A stretch of 63,852 bases of DNA, counting the filler, from Polymyxa betae A26-41 (taxonomy: Eukaryota; Protista; Endomyxa: Phytomyxea): assembly GCA_003693705.1 (NCBI GenBank). It is 4 parts of 4 records of this genome, joined end to end, with 100 filler letters (N's around TTAATTAATTAA, not from the genome) between each part and the next. Parts side by side here need not be neighbours in the genome. Positions count along the whole stretch, not along the records: positions 27,840 to 58,352 come from RBZT01000205.1; positions 58,453 to 61,605 come from RBZT01000878.1; positions 61,706 to 63,852 come from RBZT01000031.1; 1 more part is not named here. One strand, given 5' to 3'. This document shows, piece after piece, positions 51,501 through 63,622 of this stretch (positions within the stretch are counted from its first letter, which is position 1; each line of letters opens with the position of its first letter). A program made the position numbers and the translations under genes. The notes beneath the pieces were generated by a model that was not told where the DNA came from, did no database searches, and saw only the letters and a list, made by a program, of their open reading frames with translations.

Positions 51501-52605
51501 AGTTATGAAGCTGAAATTATAGCCATACAAGCAGGCCTGGATATATTACTTCCACTTAAATTAGAACAATGTCAGATCCACCTTTCACAGACTCACTTTC
51601 ATGCATACAGCAGTTAGCCACGCTCTCTTTTAAATATAAATATACAAATGTAGTGGTGAAAGATGTCGCGAAACAGTTAGCTGAACTAACAAATCTGAAC
51701 GAAGTAGAATACACTTTGTCCCGTCTCAAACAGAAGAAGAAATTGCACAAAGTGAGGAAATCGACCAACTGGCAAAAGAGGCCGCCGAGTCTGGGGATTG
51801 GGATGTTGATCATGACCCATTCAAATCCTCATACAAGTTAATGTTTAAGAAACGCGGAAGATTCCGACTGCAGGATTATCTGAAAGCGAATATTCAACGT
51901 AGCAAATCAATGGCTACCCAGATAGAAAACTTCTAATAGAAGGTAAAATACAGATCAACAACGACGATGGGGAGGAGGATACAGTCGTCCCCATTAACAA
52001 CAATCATGCACTACTAAACAGAGTCCGAACAGGTCATACACGGGCTAGAGCACATCTAAAGAGCATTGGAATAGAATCTGTAAATACATGCCGACATTGC
52101 AACAGATACACAGAAACAATCGAACATCAATTAATTCGATGCAAAAAGTATAAGAAACGATAGAAAAAATTCCGAGACAAATACTCAGAGCACGAAATTA
52201 ACAGCTTCAACGATGCACTGTACACACACAGCACATTTATGGCCGACTTCCTCACATACGCTTACCAGAAAGGCTGCTACATATAACACTTAAGATTAAA
52301 AGCTGGGAAACCAGTAGGGGAGTATCTGTGTGGTATGAGTACATGGGTTCGAGTCCCTGTAGGATTGGGCGGGTGCCTACTCTACCTCATCAGTACTCTC
52401 CTAGGTCCTACAAACAAGGCCGTACGGGATAGAAGCGAACATAAATGGGTGTAATAATGAACGGCTTCGAAATTGGAAGTAGAACCACTGATAGATATTA
52501 TGGCCAGATGCCTGAGTACTATCAGCCTTGCGTTTCGGATAGAGCGCCGCCTGTTGACCAAAATCAACGAACTGGAATAACCCAATCCAATCCAATCCAT
52601 CCATC
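48580..52605 (+). mobile_element. Non-LTR retrotransposon (LINE) with RT, RNase H and CCHC; decayed; (CCAAT)n tail
   Basis: APE start LKILQWNACSL (rest deleted); RT KGPDGI, YRPIRLL, GIPQGSSLS, YVDG; RNase H IWTDGS...SSYEAEIIAI; RTGH...CRHC...ETIEHQLIRC; tail cccaatccaatccaatcc. The 5' boundary is approximate. Confidence 0.9.
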
Positions 52606-52607
52606 TA

Positions 52608-53885
52608 CAGTCGTCCCTCTCTATAACGACATTCTTTATAACGACATTTCCAGATAAGCTTGATAATTTTTCATTTACGGATATTGTTCTATGGATTCTC
52701 TACAACCACATCAATGACATGGCGGCGCGGCCCCATATCTGTCAGATGAGATTCTTATGGGGCTCTTTGATTCTCATCTCTCTCATTAACAACAATACAA
52801 ACTTGATTTTCTACCACCGCCTCGTCCCCCTTAGACAAGCCAGCTGGGAGGGCTACCATTGCGTCTACCGACCACCCCTTTAAATATGGTCCCTACTCCT
52901 TCGAGAAAGAGAGAATCGTTCGTGATAGCCGAGAAACAGCTGATTTGCCGAGTTACCAATGATAACATTACAGAATCGCAGAGCTGGATTCTGAAAGAAT
53001 GGCTATTAGGTATAGCCGCTACGCGGCTGGTGTAGTTGGTTCATATGAGCGTAGCCACCGTGAGGTGCTGGGTTCGAATCAAAGTCAAGAATGGGTTTTT
53101 TGATCATATACGTCATCCCAAAGCGGTACCAATTTGTGAAGTTAGCGGGGTACGGGGTGCGACTCCCCCTGTATTGATTGGTCCAGTGACTACCCTATTC
53201 ACATTGGCAGGTCTATACTCACTTCTATAAGTGCTCTTAGAGGCCGTTGGACATTGGCAAACCCTTCATAAAAAGTTGCCTGGATTTGGGTGAAAAGCAA
53301 GCTGTGAGCAAGCTCCCCTGATGGCTGAACTGCATTTCGACATGGTCAGGCGCCCCAGTGACTGAGTCCCATCAAGGTCACAGTATCCAAGAAAGGCGTA
53401 ATCTCTATGTTATGTTACTGCAAAAACATATGAACTCGACAATTCCGTGAGGGGTCGGGCCCTGCGCAAGGGTTAATGCGTCGCCTACCTCACTAAGATT
53501 TATATATGGGTGTAACAAATAGATAAATCCAAATCAATCCAATCCAATGGCTATTAGGTCAGCCGCGCTCGACTGTTTCTGGCATTATAAGAGACCTTAC
53601 GAAGTACGAGAATAGACAAATCGAAAAGTATCGAAAATTTGATAAGCGGTTTTCGGGATAACCTCCAAGAACTGAAAGAAAAACTTAATAAAAGTTTGTA
53701 AAGCTTGGATTTTGTATACCTATTCGAGAAATAAACCTTAAAACAAAAAACGATTCCAATTACTGCTGCGAGTTAATAGGGACATATAAATGGTCCATAG
53801 CCCGTTAGGAACCCCATATACTTTTATAACGGCAATGTCGTCATCATGAAAACCCCACCAGTGTCTTTATAGTGTGGGAGGACTG
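52608..53885. mobile_element. Non-autonomous pogo/Tigger-like element carrying a SINE
   Basis: TA|CAGTCGTCCCTCTCTATAACGACA ... TGTCTTTATAGTGTGGGAGGACTG|TA: imperfect 24-bp TIRs with TA TSD. Confidence 0.75.
53012..53545 (+). mobile_element. tRNA-derived SINE
   Basis: 14-bp TSD AATGGCTATTAGGT (52998-53011, 53546-53559); A box TGGTGTAGTTGG and B box GGTTCGAATC; (AATCC)n tail like the adjacent LINE. Confidence 0.85.
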
Positions 53886-54478
53886 TAGATACAGAGAAGA
53901 TCATGATAGGCTCTGAGCTTGGTATCAACTTCTGCATTCTGAATAGAGATCTTGAATGATGATATGATCTAGCTGGACTTGAGCATAGAGCACTACACCA
54001 TTAATCATGATCAGCCATGCGTTATGTATTCGCTTATGGTCTTCGAAGATCTGAACGCCGCCACATCAAAGGAAGTTCCTAAGAGTATTGTCTAGATTCT
54101 TCTTGATGTTGTCATTCCCATTTACCGTGAATGCATTCACCCCATTGAGTTGATACAATCTCGAAATTAGTACATAATATCATCGCCGTCGCTATTCATG
54201 AAGTGGGATAAAAACTTCAAAAAAGATGCCGAACGGCTCTGATTTAGAGGTACACCACGAACAATACCGTCAAAAGGCAGCAAATTTATGAAAACAGCAG
54301 GAAGGGATCAAGAGCTATCAATATTACCGATCTGGAACTCCAGATCTGTCTGAGTTTGATTATATTGGAAAGTGTTTGTTTGACAATGAGAATATGACAT
54401 TCTGTTTTAGATGTTACAATACTCGTTGGAGTTTCACAATTTTGCAGCAGCGTGATCTTTGGGTTTTGCAGATGCATC

Positions 54479-54858
54479 TTACTGTTCGGGAACTTTTGGG
54501 CGTGGGCCTATGTCGTTTAATTTCTTTAGCAGGGAGAGAGTACCAAAGTAGAGGCAAGTCAACAAGAGAATTCCAAGGATGAGGGCCGCAAAACCACCCA
54601 CTATCCAGCTCACTAATTGACCTGCGGGAAGATGATGAGATGGGACATCTGCAGTTATGGTAAAGTAGCCGCTCGCGGGAATTGTGTTGAACTCATTCGG
54701 TTGAGGCATCTGCTGCTGTAACATACGTCCACTGTAACAGCAAGTCAGTGGGCGGGGGGTCAGTAAGGCCACGATACATACAAAGCAGGCATGGAGCTGG
54801 ATTGCATCAGCAGAGCCAGTACGGCCAGAATCAAGGACAGAGCCGGGGCGGAATCCAT
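54479..54858 (-). CDS. Small secreted type I membrane protein, 2 exons (54858-54782, 54731-54479), RxLxQ motif
   Basis: Spliced product MDSAPALSLILAVLALLMQSSSMPAFGRMLQQQ...WIVGGFAALILGILLLTCLYF (109 aa), with a 50-nt phase-2 intron at the same position as in the paralog. Confidence 0.75.
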
Positions 54859-55374
54859 AGTAGTTGATGGAATGGATCTGAGATGTGTAATGAAATGGAG
54901 AATGGAGGTCCGTGAGGAGACTCCGTGTGTGTTTGTAGACGGACGGATGAGCAACGGATGAGTCACGCAGATAGCGGACCTGCTACTGTAGGTGTGCATC
55001 TGTATGAGTTCGGCACGGGGATTAAAGCAGGCCTCTTTAATAGTGGGGTTTACCAATTCAAAGCAAAATAAGCTAAAATTGGTGACGAAGCGCTGCATGT
55101 TCGGACTCCAATTTGGAGATATAAGATTGACCCCAGCATTGTTCGACTCGATCACGATGATTCAGTAAAATTTTTCCAAAATCACGCCCTCTCATTCTGC
55201 AATAAAGGTGCGGTAATACTGGTGGGACGTCATCATCTCTCGATCTGTTTTCAGAATCCCTCAAGACTTGAATACCACCCATACCACAATGATATTATTG
55301 AAATTTTTTCCAAAAATGTCACGTTATAAGACCATTTAACGTGATATTTTTGAAACTTTATTGATTTTGTAATA

Positions 55375-57588
55375 CCGTAGACTCTCTAATAGTTTATATC
55401 GCCCGTAGACGCAGTTTATATGAAATATCAGAGATTATTAAATAATAGAATGTTCTTGGAATGTCTAAAAGTAGACGCTTCCAGTCGCGCTGTTTTTTCC
55501 TGGATATCTTGGTGCTCGAAATGGCCTCAGTTTCAACTCTGGCATTGTCTCTGCAGTCTCGATTCTATAACATGGAAGCTTCGGACGAATCGTCCTCATC
55601 GTATAGCGACGATCTCTGGCTGTCTGACTCCTCCGACAGTGATGAAGCACCTGATATACCTCAAAACTGTTCTGTACCACGAATGAGTGAAGAAATTGTT
55701 CCTGATCGTCGGTTATCCAAAAAACTGACGAATGATCAACGCAATCAAATTTCATCATATTTTCGCGACAATCCTAAAATGAAGCAAGGCGAGCTCATCG
55801 CATGGACAAGAGTCCAATTCGGAGTTTCTGTCAGCCAAGGGACAATTTCCAAAATTTTAACGGCAACCCAGCCAAGAAAGCCCGGAATTCTGACCCATAG
55901 GGAGAAAAAGAAAATATGCGAAAAGAGTTTAAATCAAAAATGACTCAGAAAGATTTGGCAACCTGGGCGCAGACTGAGTTTAATCTTGCAAAAAAGCCAA
56001 CCCAGCCGACATTTCCAACATTCTGAAACGTCGATATGAGTTCTTGGAATCCACTAATGGTGATCTGAAAAGAAAAAGGACCGTGAAGCACCCTCATCTG
56101 GAACATGCTCTTGCTAACTGGGTTCTCCAGTGTCTACACAAAAAGATATGTGTTTCTGGCGATCTTATCAAGGAAAAGGCCAGGGACTTCGCTCAACGAC
56201 TACAAATTCCAGAATCAGATTGTCCATCATTTTCTGACGGTTGGTTAGAAAAATTTCAGAAACGAAACAACTAAAAATGCTACAAAACGCACGGAGAATC
56301 TGGATCGGCCGATGTTGATGCTATCAATAACTGTCTTCCGAATATCCGAAATATTATGCCACATTACGAGCCATTCGACGTTTACAATATGGATGAGACA
56401 GGATTGTTTTGGAAAATGTGTCCGGATCGAACAATCGCCGTTCGTCAGATGGTAGGTCGAAAAAAAGATAAGACCAGGTTCACAGTTGCATTGACATGTA
56501 ATGCTGACGGGTCCGACAAACTGGAGCCCTTCATTATTGCACATGCGGAAAGGCCGAGGTGTTTCATGAAAAAGTCCGGGAAGGATCTGGGCTTGTACTA
56601 CAGAAACAACAAAAAGGCGTGGATGACCGGAGTTCTTTTCCAGGAATGGTTGACAGCTCTGGACAAGAAAATGCGGGAATTAGACCGTAAGATCTTACTG
56701 CTTCTTGATAATGCACCCTCCCATGTCATTGAAAATCTGGAGTTAACAAATGTCACAGTTCATTTTTTACCGCCGAATACTACAAGCAAACTCCAGCCGA
56801 TGGATGCCGGAATAATTGCAGCATTCAAGCGCCGTTATCGTCGCTTTCAACTTTTGAATGCGTTATCAAAAGATGAAACTGGAGAGCGAGACATTTATAA
56901 GATCGACCAGCTTCAGGCTATGAGATGGGTCAAACTAGCTTGGAATGATATCTCATCTGAAACTATAGCAAACTGCTGGAGGCATTCCGGAATTGTTGCA
57001 AATGAGGCGCCCGTACATATGCAGCCAGACTCTGAACAAGAGCGTGATATTGATGCGGAGTTGCTGGGTGTGATTGACCGTCTGCGAATCTCCGATCCCA
57101 TTGATCTTCCTAGTTTTCTATCCCCTTCTGTCGAAGAGGACGTTCATGAGGAGTTTACTGATCAAGACTTCCTGGATATGTGTGAAACCATAGCTGAGGT
57201 CAGTGATGAAGAAGAGTTTGTCTGCGAAGTCGACAATGAGAAGCTCTTACATTGTCTTCCGATCGTAATTACAAAATTAGAAGATCCCATCGAAAACTCC
57301 GCGGCTCTTAAGTGTCTTCACCGTTTGCAGTGGGATACACGTCGCGCAATCATCGAAAAGAAGCAGTCTCAGCTCGTTCAGGCCGATATCAGATCGTTTT
57401 TTTAAATTTCAAATAAACTGCTGGTTTTTCGGAAATCTCCAATAATCTAATTTCTTTCCTGAAGGTATAAAATAAAAAATATGAGAGGTATAAGATATTC
57501 GTCATAGGAACGGATTTGGTTCCAGCGATATCAATAAAATATAAGAGATTATAAAGGTTTAGAGAATAAAGTATTCGAGAGTCTACGG
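55375..57588 (+). mobile_element. Full-length pogo/Tigger (Tc1/mariner) transposon with disrupted transposase
   Basis: TA|CCGTAGACTCTC...GAGAGTCTACGG|TA TIRs; CENP-B-type HTH (FSDGWLEKF); catalytic motifs NMDETG, LLLDNAPSH and LQPMDAGII; frameshifts near 55940-56010 and a stop at 56272. Confidence 0.95.
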
Positions 57589-58352
57589 TACAAGATAATA
57601 TCACTTATATAAATTGGGAAGATGGTTTTGATTATGATGATTTAAATGATGGTCATTGTCCGATATATGAATTTAAAAATATTGTTATAAATCCATTGAA
57701 TAAAGAAATTCATTTTAATATTTCGAAATGAAAACATAAATAAATTGGGGAAAATATTGAAAATTATAATAGGGGGTTAATTGTAATGGAAGAAGAATAT
57801 ATGATAAATTACAGAATTGCCAGAAAAATTGTATATGAAGATGGTTATGGAGGATTTAAAAGTCCTGCTATGGGAATTAGTTTAAGTAGGGGAACAAAAG
57901 CACTATTAGAAATGGAAAATTTACAAATAATTTTAAAGTATTGTGATTATACAGGTTATGAAAGTTATGGAGTAGATGATAAAGTTAAGCATTTGTTTTA
58001 TCCTAAAATCAAGAAAAAAGAAATTGATTAATTTATACTTCAATCAATTAAAGAATTCAACGAAAAAAACAATATCCCGACACAGAATTGAAACCGAGAC
58101 CTTCATAGTAATATCGCATAGGTCTCCCACATGACCTATATATACATATATGTCTATCGTTAGGATTACCAAGTCCTAACGAAATATACATGTTTTGATT
58201 TATTTAAAAAACCGACAGAGGTTTCCCCATCTAAAAAAGTAAAAAATGTAAAACGGGCACCTATTCGCAGTGCCCATTGATATTCTTGACCTTGGTGACC
58301 ATAAACACTAACATTTTCGCCTAAAAATCATAAATGAGCGGATTAATAAAAA
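57589..58352. other. AT-rich foreign-looking segment with a short ORF (57786-58031) and a degenerate tRNA-like/hairpin end
   Basis: Abrupt composition shift; GGTTTCAATTC B-box-like motif on the - strand near 58085; CGTTAGGA...TCCTAACG hairpin at about 58158-58181. Confidence 0.45.
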
Positions 58353-58454
58353 NNNNNNNNNNNNNNNNNNNNNNNNNNNNNNNNNNNNNNNNNNNNTTAA
58401 TTAATTAANNNNNNNNNNNNNNNNNNNNNNNNNNNNNNNNNNNNNNNNNNNNAG

Positions 58455-58530
58455 GAGCTAATCACAAATGGACTGGTAGAGCAGAATCTTAACTCACAAT
58501 GGGCGTCTCCTGTAGTGGTGGTGAAGAAAT
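58455..58530 (+). pseudogene. Ty3/gypsy RT fragment
   Basis: ELITNGLVEQNLNSQWASPVVVVKK. Confidence 0.6.
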
Positions 58531-58924
58531 GGATGGCGGGGTTGGCAGCTTTCGTCATGACGAGAAAACGGAATGGATACATGATGATGAGACTCCAGGA
58601 CCCTAGACACCAATATCAAGAGCTGCAGAGCCCGTGGCGGAATTTTTATTGACAGTCGATTTAAATTTGGAAGGAGTGTCTGATTCTTCCGAATGCCGTT
58701 TCAAGAAAACGAATTTGCAGGTGTCATCTATATTGTGCTGTTGTTTGAACGCTTTCAAAGTACATGCAATCCGTGCCTTAAAAATACTTGAAAAATTCAT
58801 AACATGGATAATAAACAAACGCGACAGCGCCTGATAACAATGAAAGTAGTCGAGCCTGTGAAATCCAATCCAAAATTGAAAAATTCATTTAAAAAATCTA
58901 TCTGCAAATTAGTTCATGGAAGCG

Positions 58925-59102
58925 GTAGGTTTTAGGGTTTGTAGGTCAATTTGTAGGTCAAAATCGTGAGTGTATGTCAATGTGTAGGACGCAGTAAAAT
59001 GTCCGGAATGTTGGTCAAAATTAGGTCATTTTCAAGAAAGTAGGTCAAGTTGTAGGTCAAACAATCTGAGTCAACCGGTTTTTAACTCATTCTCAGGTCA
59101 AA
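58925..59102 (+). repeat. Cluster of TAGGTCAA-like motifs
   Basis: About seven (T)AGGTCA(A) or GGTCAA copies, following TAGGTTTTAGGGTTT. Confidence 0.7.
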
Positions 59103-59125
59103 GTTCCAGCTCTCAGACTGTCCCA

Positions 59126-61605
59126 ATGGTTATTGACGCAGTCTCCGGTTCGTCGGGTTGCCTTCAAAAACTATCACCGGAAGAAAAGAATCGAAGGAGC
59201 CTTTTAGGTCTGTGCATGTATTGCGGGGTCGAAGGCCATGTCTGCCGATCATGTCCGCAATTAACTGCGTCAAAACAGATCCAACTGCACAATACATCAT
59301 CTGACCAATCCAGTTACACTGCTTTTTGTTTCCAAAGTTGCCCTATCAAATCAACCATTACCATTTCTGATCCGTGACGCTCGCACCCAGATCCAAGACG
59401 CTCATATCCTTTTAAAGTCTTACTTGACTCGGGCGCTGCTGCAGCGTCCGTGGATATAAATTTTGCAAAAAGGAACAAAATTCCGTATTCTGCAATATAT
59501 CCGGAGAATCCCCTCGAGGTCATTGACGGACGTCGATTTCAGCCAATTAGCACTCAAACCGAAAGTTACAGCCTGCAAATCGATAGGATTGTGTGTAATG
59601 TGCATTTTCTGTTAATTCAGTCTATACAACATGAAGTGGTTTTGGGCCTCAACTGGTTGCAGCTACATCAGCCGAGAATTGATTGGATTTCTGGGGCTGT
59701 AGAAGTCTCGTCCTTAAACTCTGTTAATGACTACGAGCCGGAGCATTCGTTGAAGAAAAACCCAAGTGTTGCGGCGACTCTTTCGCAGTCTCTACACCAA
59801 CATTTCCCTAACCTTCAAATTGAAAATTCCAACCAATCGTGTTCTTCCGCGACAGACTTACCTGAAAAATACAGTCAGTTCGCCAAGGTGTTTGCAAAGT
59901 CGGAAGCTGATAAACTGCTACCGCATCGACCAACTGATTGTGCTACCAATTTAAATGAAGAACTTACACTACCAAACAAGCGCATTTATAGTTTATCGGT
60001 GAAAGAGGAGCAAGCACTTGAAGAGTACTTGGTTGAAAACTTATCGAAAGGGTTCATTCGACATTCACAATTTCCAGTTGGATCACCGATTCTCTTTGCT
60101 AATAAGCAGGATGGAGGACTTAGACTCTGTGTTGACTACCGCGAGTTTAACAAGATTGCCAAGCGTGAGCCATATCCATTGCCTCCCATTGCCGATCTTA
60201 TTCGCCAGCTCGGACGAGCCCGGATTTTTACAAAGATCGACCTACGAGGCTCTTACAACCGGGTGCGAATCTAACCTGGAGATGAATGGAAGACTGCATT
60301 CAACTGCAAATATGGACATTTTGAGTATCTTGTCATGTCTTTTGGTTTATAGAACGCCACTGCCTTTGTCCAGCGACTGAGAGCGAAACGTTTAGCGGAT
60401 ATATTGACCGCTTCCTGGTGGTGTATCTGGATGACTTACTGATATATTTTACTGACGCTGAGGAACACGAAGAACATGTCCGTCTGGTTTTACAAAAATT
60501 ACAAAAAGCCGGATTACACGCAAAGTTCGAGAAATGCGTGTTTGACCCAAAACAAGTCGAATTTCTGGGTTATGTCGTCTCTGATCGTGGTATACAGATG
60601 GCAGAAAGCAAAGTTGATTCAATCTGGTTATGGGCAGCACCCAAGGACGTCCAGGGCGTACAATGTTTTTTAGGTTTGTCAGTTTTTATCGCGACGTCAT
60701 TGTGGATTTATCTGAAATCACAAAACCGTTGAATGAATTCACAAGACAAGGCGTGAAATTCGTGTGTGTCTGATGAAGCTCAGCATGCGCTACAAACATT
60801 GAAGCAGGCTTTTTCTACAGCACCCCTGCTTGCTCATTTCGACCCTGTATATCACTTTCTACTAAAGAGACAGACTTTTGTAACAGTGCTGTAAATGGAA
60901 CCTGTATTTCGACAGCTAGTCAGGGCCAGGGTAATCTCGGTATCTCGCAGTCCGTGACGCAGCTTCCGTCGGAACGTGAATCTGGCCTTTCCAGCTTGTA
61001 GTCCAGGGCTTTTGACAATGGAGACATTCTTCTAGATACTGCGCGAGTTGCGCACTTCCTTCTATTAGCGCACTTTTTATTCTACTTAGAGAGAAAATAT
61101 ATATTGATACACCTGCAAGATCATGTATCGTTGAAACCGATGCTTCCGACTAGGCATTATGGTTCTCTCTCAGCTCCAAGATGATGAGCGACATCACCCA
61201 ATCGCGTTCTATTTTCGTAAACTGTCACCATCAGAGATAAATTATGATACTCATGACAAATCCTCGCAATTGTCGTTGCATTCACACATTGGCGGCAGTA
61301 TCTTGAGGGCAGTCAACACAAAATTCATGTCTACAGCGACCACAAAAATCTTATTCACTTCATGTCATCTAAGATTCTCAATCGACGACAAGCGCGATGG
61401 TCTATTGTGCTCTCGGAGTTTGACTTCGAGATCGTGTACCGCCCTGGAAGCCTCTCTGGCAAACCAGACGCAATATCAAGACGACCTGAATACTGTATTA
61501 CACCTGATGATCCTGTTAGGCAGCAAAGAAAGCCGTCGCTATTGCGACCGGAAAACGTTTGTGAACCGGCGGTATTGTCTAATGTGTATCAACTTATATT
61601 TTCTC
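59126..61605 (+). mobile_element. Decayed Tf2-like Ty3/gypsy internal region (gag knuckle-PR-RT-RNase H)
   Basis: [63 protein letters not shown]. Many stops and frameshifts; runs into a gap. Confidence 0.9.
60848..61111. mobile_element. 264-bp solo-LTR-like insertion in the gypsy RNase H
   Basis: TATATCA...TGATACA ends and 4-bp TSD CCTG. Removing it restores HFDPARSCIVETDASD. Confidence 0.75.
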
Positions 61606-61899
61606 NNNNNNNNNNNNNNNNNNNNNNNNNNNNNNNNNNNNNNNNNNNNTTAATTAATTAANNNNNNNNNNNNNNNNNNNNNNNNNNNNNNNNNNNNNNN
61701 NNNNNGAACTAGTCGAATCCAATCCATCCTTCATTTGCAAGCCAGACCCTTTGACAATATGAGGAAGGATCAATCGGTTCTTGGATTGATCTCATGCTCG
61801 GAGGGATCTGTAGCCCCAGATCGGTCTATGGGTCACATTCCTATTTAATATCCAGACATGATCAGCTCTCCTGATTCGATAATGGTCATCCCTAAGAAG

Positions 61900-62460
61900 G
61901 AATATCACCCGACCGGCGAACCGGGAACAAATCCGAAAAAAATCGAATACAACACGATCTGGCATTACTCCATCGGGTTCGTTCATACAAGAGCCAGAGC
62001 CCTCCTAAAGCGACTTTAATGGAGAAGGCTTCAATTAATGCATGGAATCTATAGTGCATCAACTGATCAGATGCAAGATTAGTCCGAGGGGTCGCACAAG
62101 TAGCAGGGTCGTTCATGGCCGATTTCCTAACGGAAGCACAAAAGCATGGATGGTATATATAACAAAAAAGATAGTTAGCGGAGATAGCCAGTAAGGGAGT
62201 CTTGAGAGGGATAGAATACAGGGTTCGAGTCCCTAATGGGTTGGGCGGGTGCCAATTCTACCTTCTCGAAACTCTCCTAGGTCCTTCTGAGAGGGCCGAG
62301 CAAGAGAATAGCTTTATTGATGGGTGAAATACTGTTAGGTCCTAAGTATTATAACTATTAATAGGAGTTCCTGAGGATCTAAACGTTGAGCAATCGGCAT
62401 ACCTTGGGCATTGTGCTATCGATACAGCAGCGCCCGTTATTAACGAATCCAATCCAATCT
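61900..62460 (+). mobile_element. 3' end of a second, diverged copy of the LINE family
   Basis: HTRARALLK...ESIVHQLIRCK matches the LINE C-terminus at about 52030-52145. Same 3' UTR motif and aatccaatccaatc tail. Confidence 0.8.
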
Positions 62461-63226
62461 TAACCAACCTTCCAGCAACAACTAAACTGTCAATGTTACA
62501 GTCAAACATCTGATACCGCCTCATGACATTAAAAATATGATTAATATCAGCCTACACTGAGAGGACATCTCGAGAAATTGTCAAAGTTCACCTTTCTTCA
62601 AAACAGAAACAGCAAAGAAAAAGCGAGAATGAAAATTAGGTGATCTAATATAGATTTTGGTTCAATCACAATCAACATGTTGAGAAATACTCCCGATTAT
62701 AGCCAAGACATTCGCAAGAATTATTACTCCCCATGAAATGAGGAGTTTGTATATCAAACAGGCGTTGGGGTTTGGCGACCTCTGCTCGACGCTGCCTTGA
62801 ATAGCCAATTCGATGCTGCTCCGAACAGGAAGTCGAGCCAACCTTCGACACCCATGAGACAGTCCAACACCATCCTAATCATCCATTGTGACCAGAGGGC
62901 AAACGCATGCAAAATCAATACTCCAGTACCATTAAGATTGTAGAGAAAATTGGGACAAAAAAAAACAAACTGCGTAAACGTTTGCGGAACAAAAATGAAA
63001 ATCCATCAAAAACTCTGCGAAAGTGCTGCCCAGTTCTTCGATGGAATCTTGATTGTGGTCGTGGGAAATAGCTGGACAAAATCGCCATCGAACGCCCAGA
63101 CCAGAACATTCTAACAGCTGCTTACGCTCGTTGCTGTTGACCTGCTTGCGTCACTCGCTTGGATCTGGCTGTTGCTGGTGAGCCCGGCCTGTAGCTTTCG
63201 CCTCCTATACGACATACGAGAAGAGC

Positions 63227-63622
63227 TTGGTTGTAAGCCTGCCATACTATTGTTTGACTTTCAAACCTGAATACCTATTTCAAATACTGCCTGTTATGCC
63301 AACGCCGAAATGTGAGCTGATTGGGCTCCAAATCATGGCCTGGATCTTGCTCATCATCGGTTCTGCTTTTCTTGTTTTCTTGACGATTGGGATCATCATA
63401 ATGTCCTTACATCCCCAACGTTTCAAACCCTACCTAATATTCGTCTTTCTCTATGTGCTGGTTTATGGATGCGATTGTGTTTACTACTTCGTGCAGGCCC
63501 GCCGCGCATGGACGCTTGGATCGCCGGAATACGCCGAGCAAGCCAAGAATGCTGCCTACTTTATATGCTTTTTATCGATAGGAACTCACATTATTTGTGG
63601 TTGCCTGCTGCTCATACGCTAA
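63227..63622 (+). CDS. Hypothetical small multi-pass membrane protein
   Basis: Three hydrophobic helices in an open frame. The start is uncertain. Confidence 0.4.
   Translation: MVVSLPYYCLTFKPEYLFQILPVMPTPKCELIGLQIMAWILLIIGSAFLVFLTIGIIIMSLHPQRFKPYLIFVFLYVLVYGCDCVYYFVQARRAWTLGSPEYAEQAKNAAYFICFLSIGTHIICGCLLLIR

Noticed and set aside
52320-52362. tRNA gene suggested by GGTTCGAGTCC
   Set aside because: No cloverleaf or acceptor stem. It is part of the LINE 3' UTR structure.
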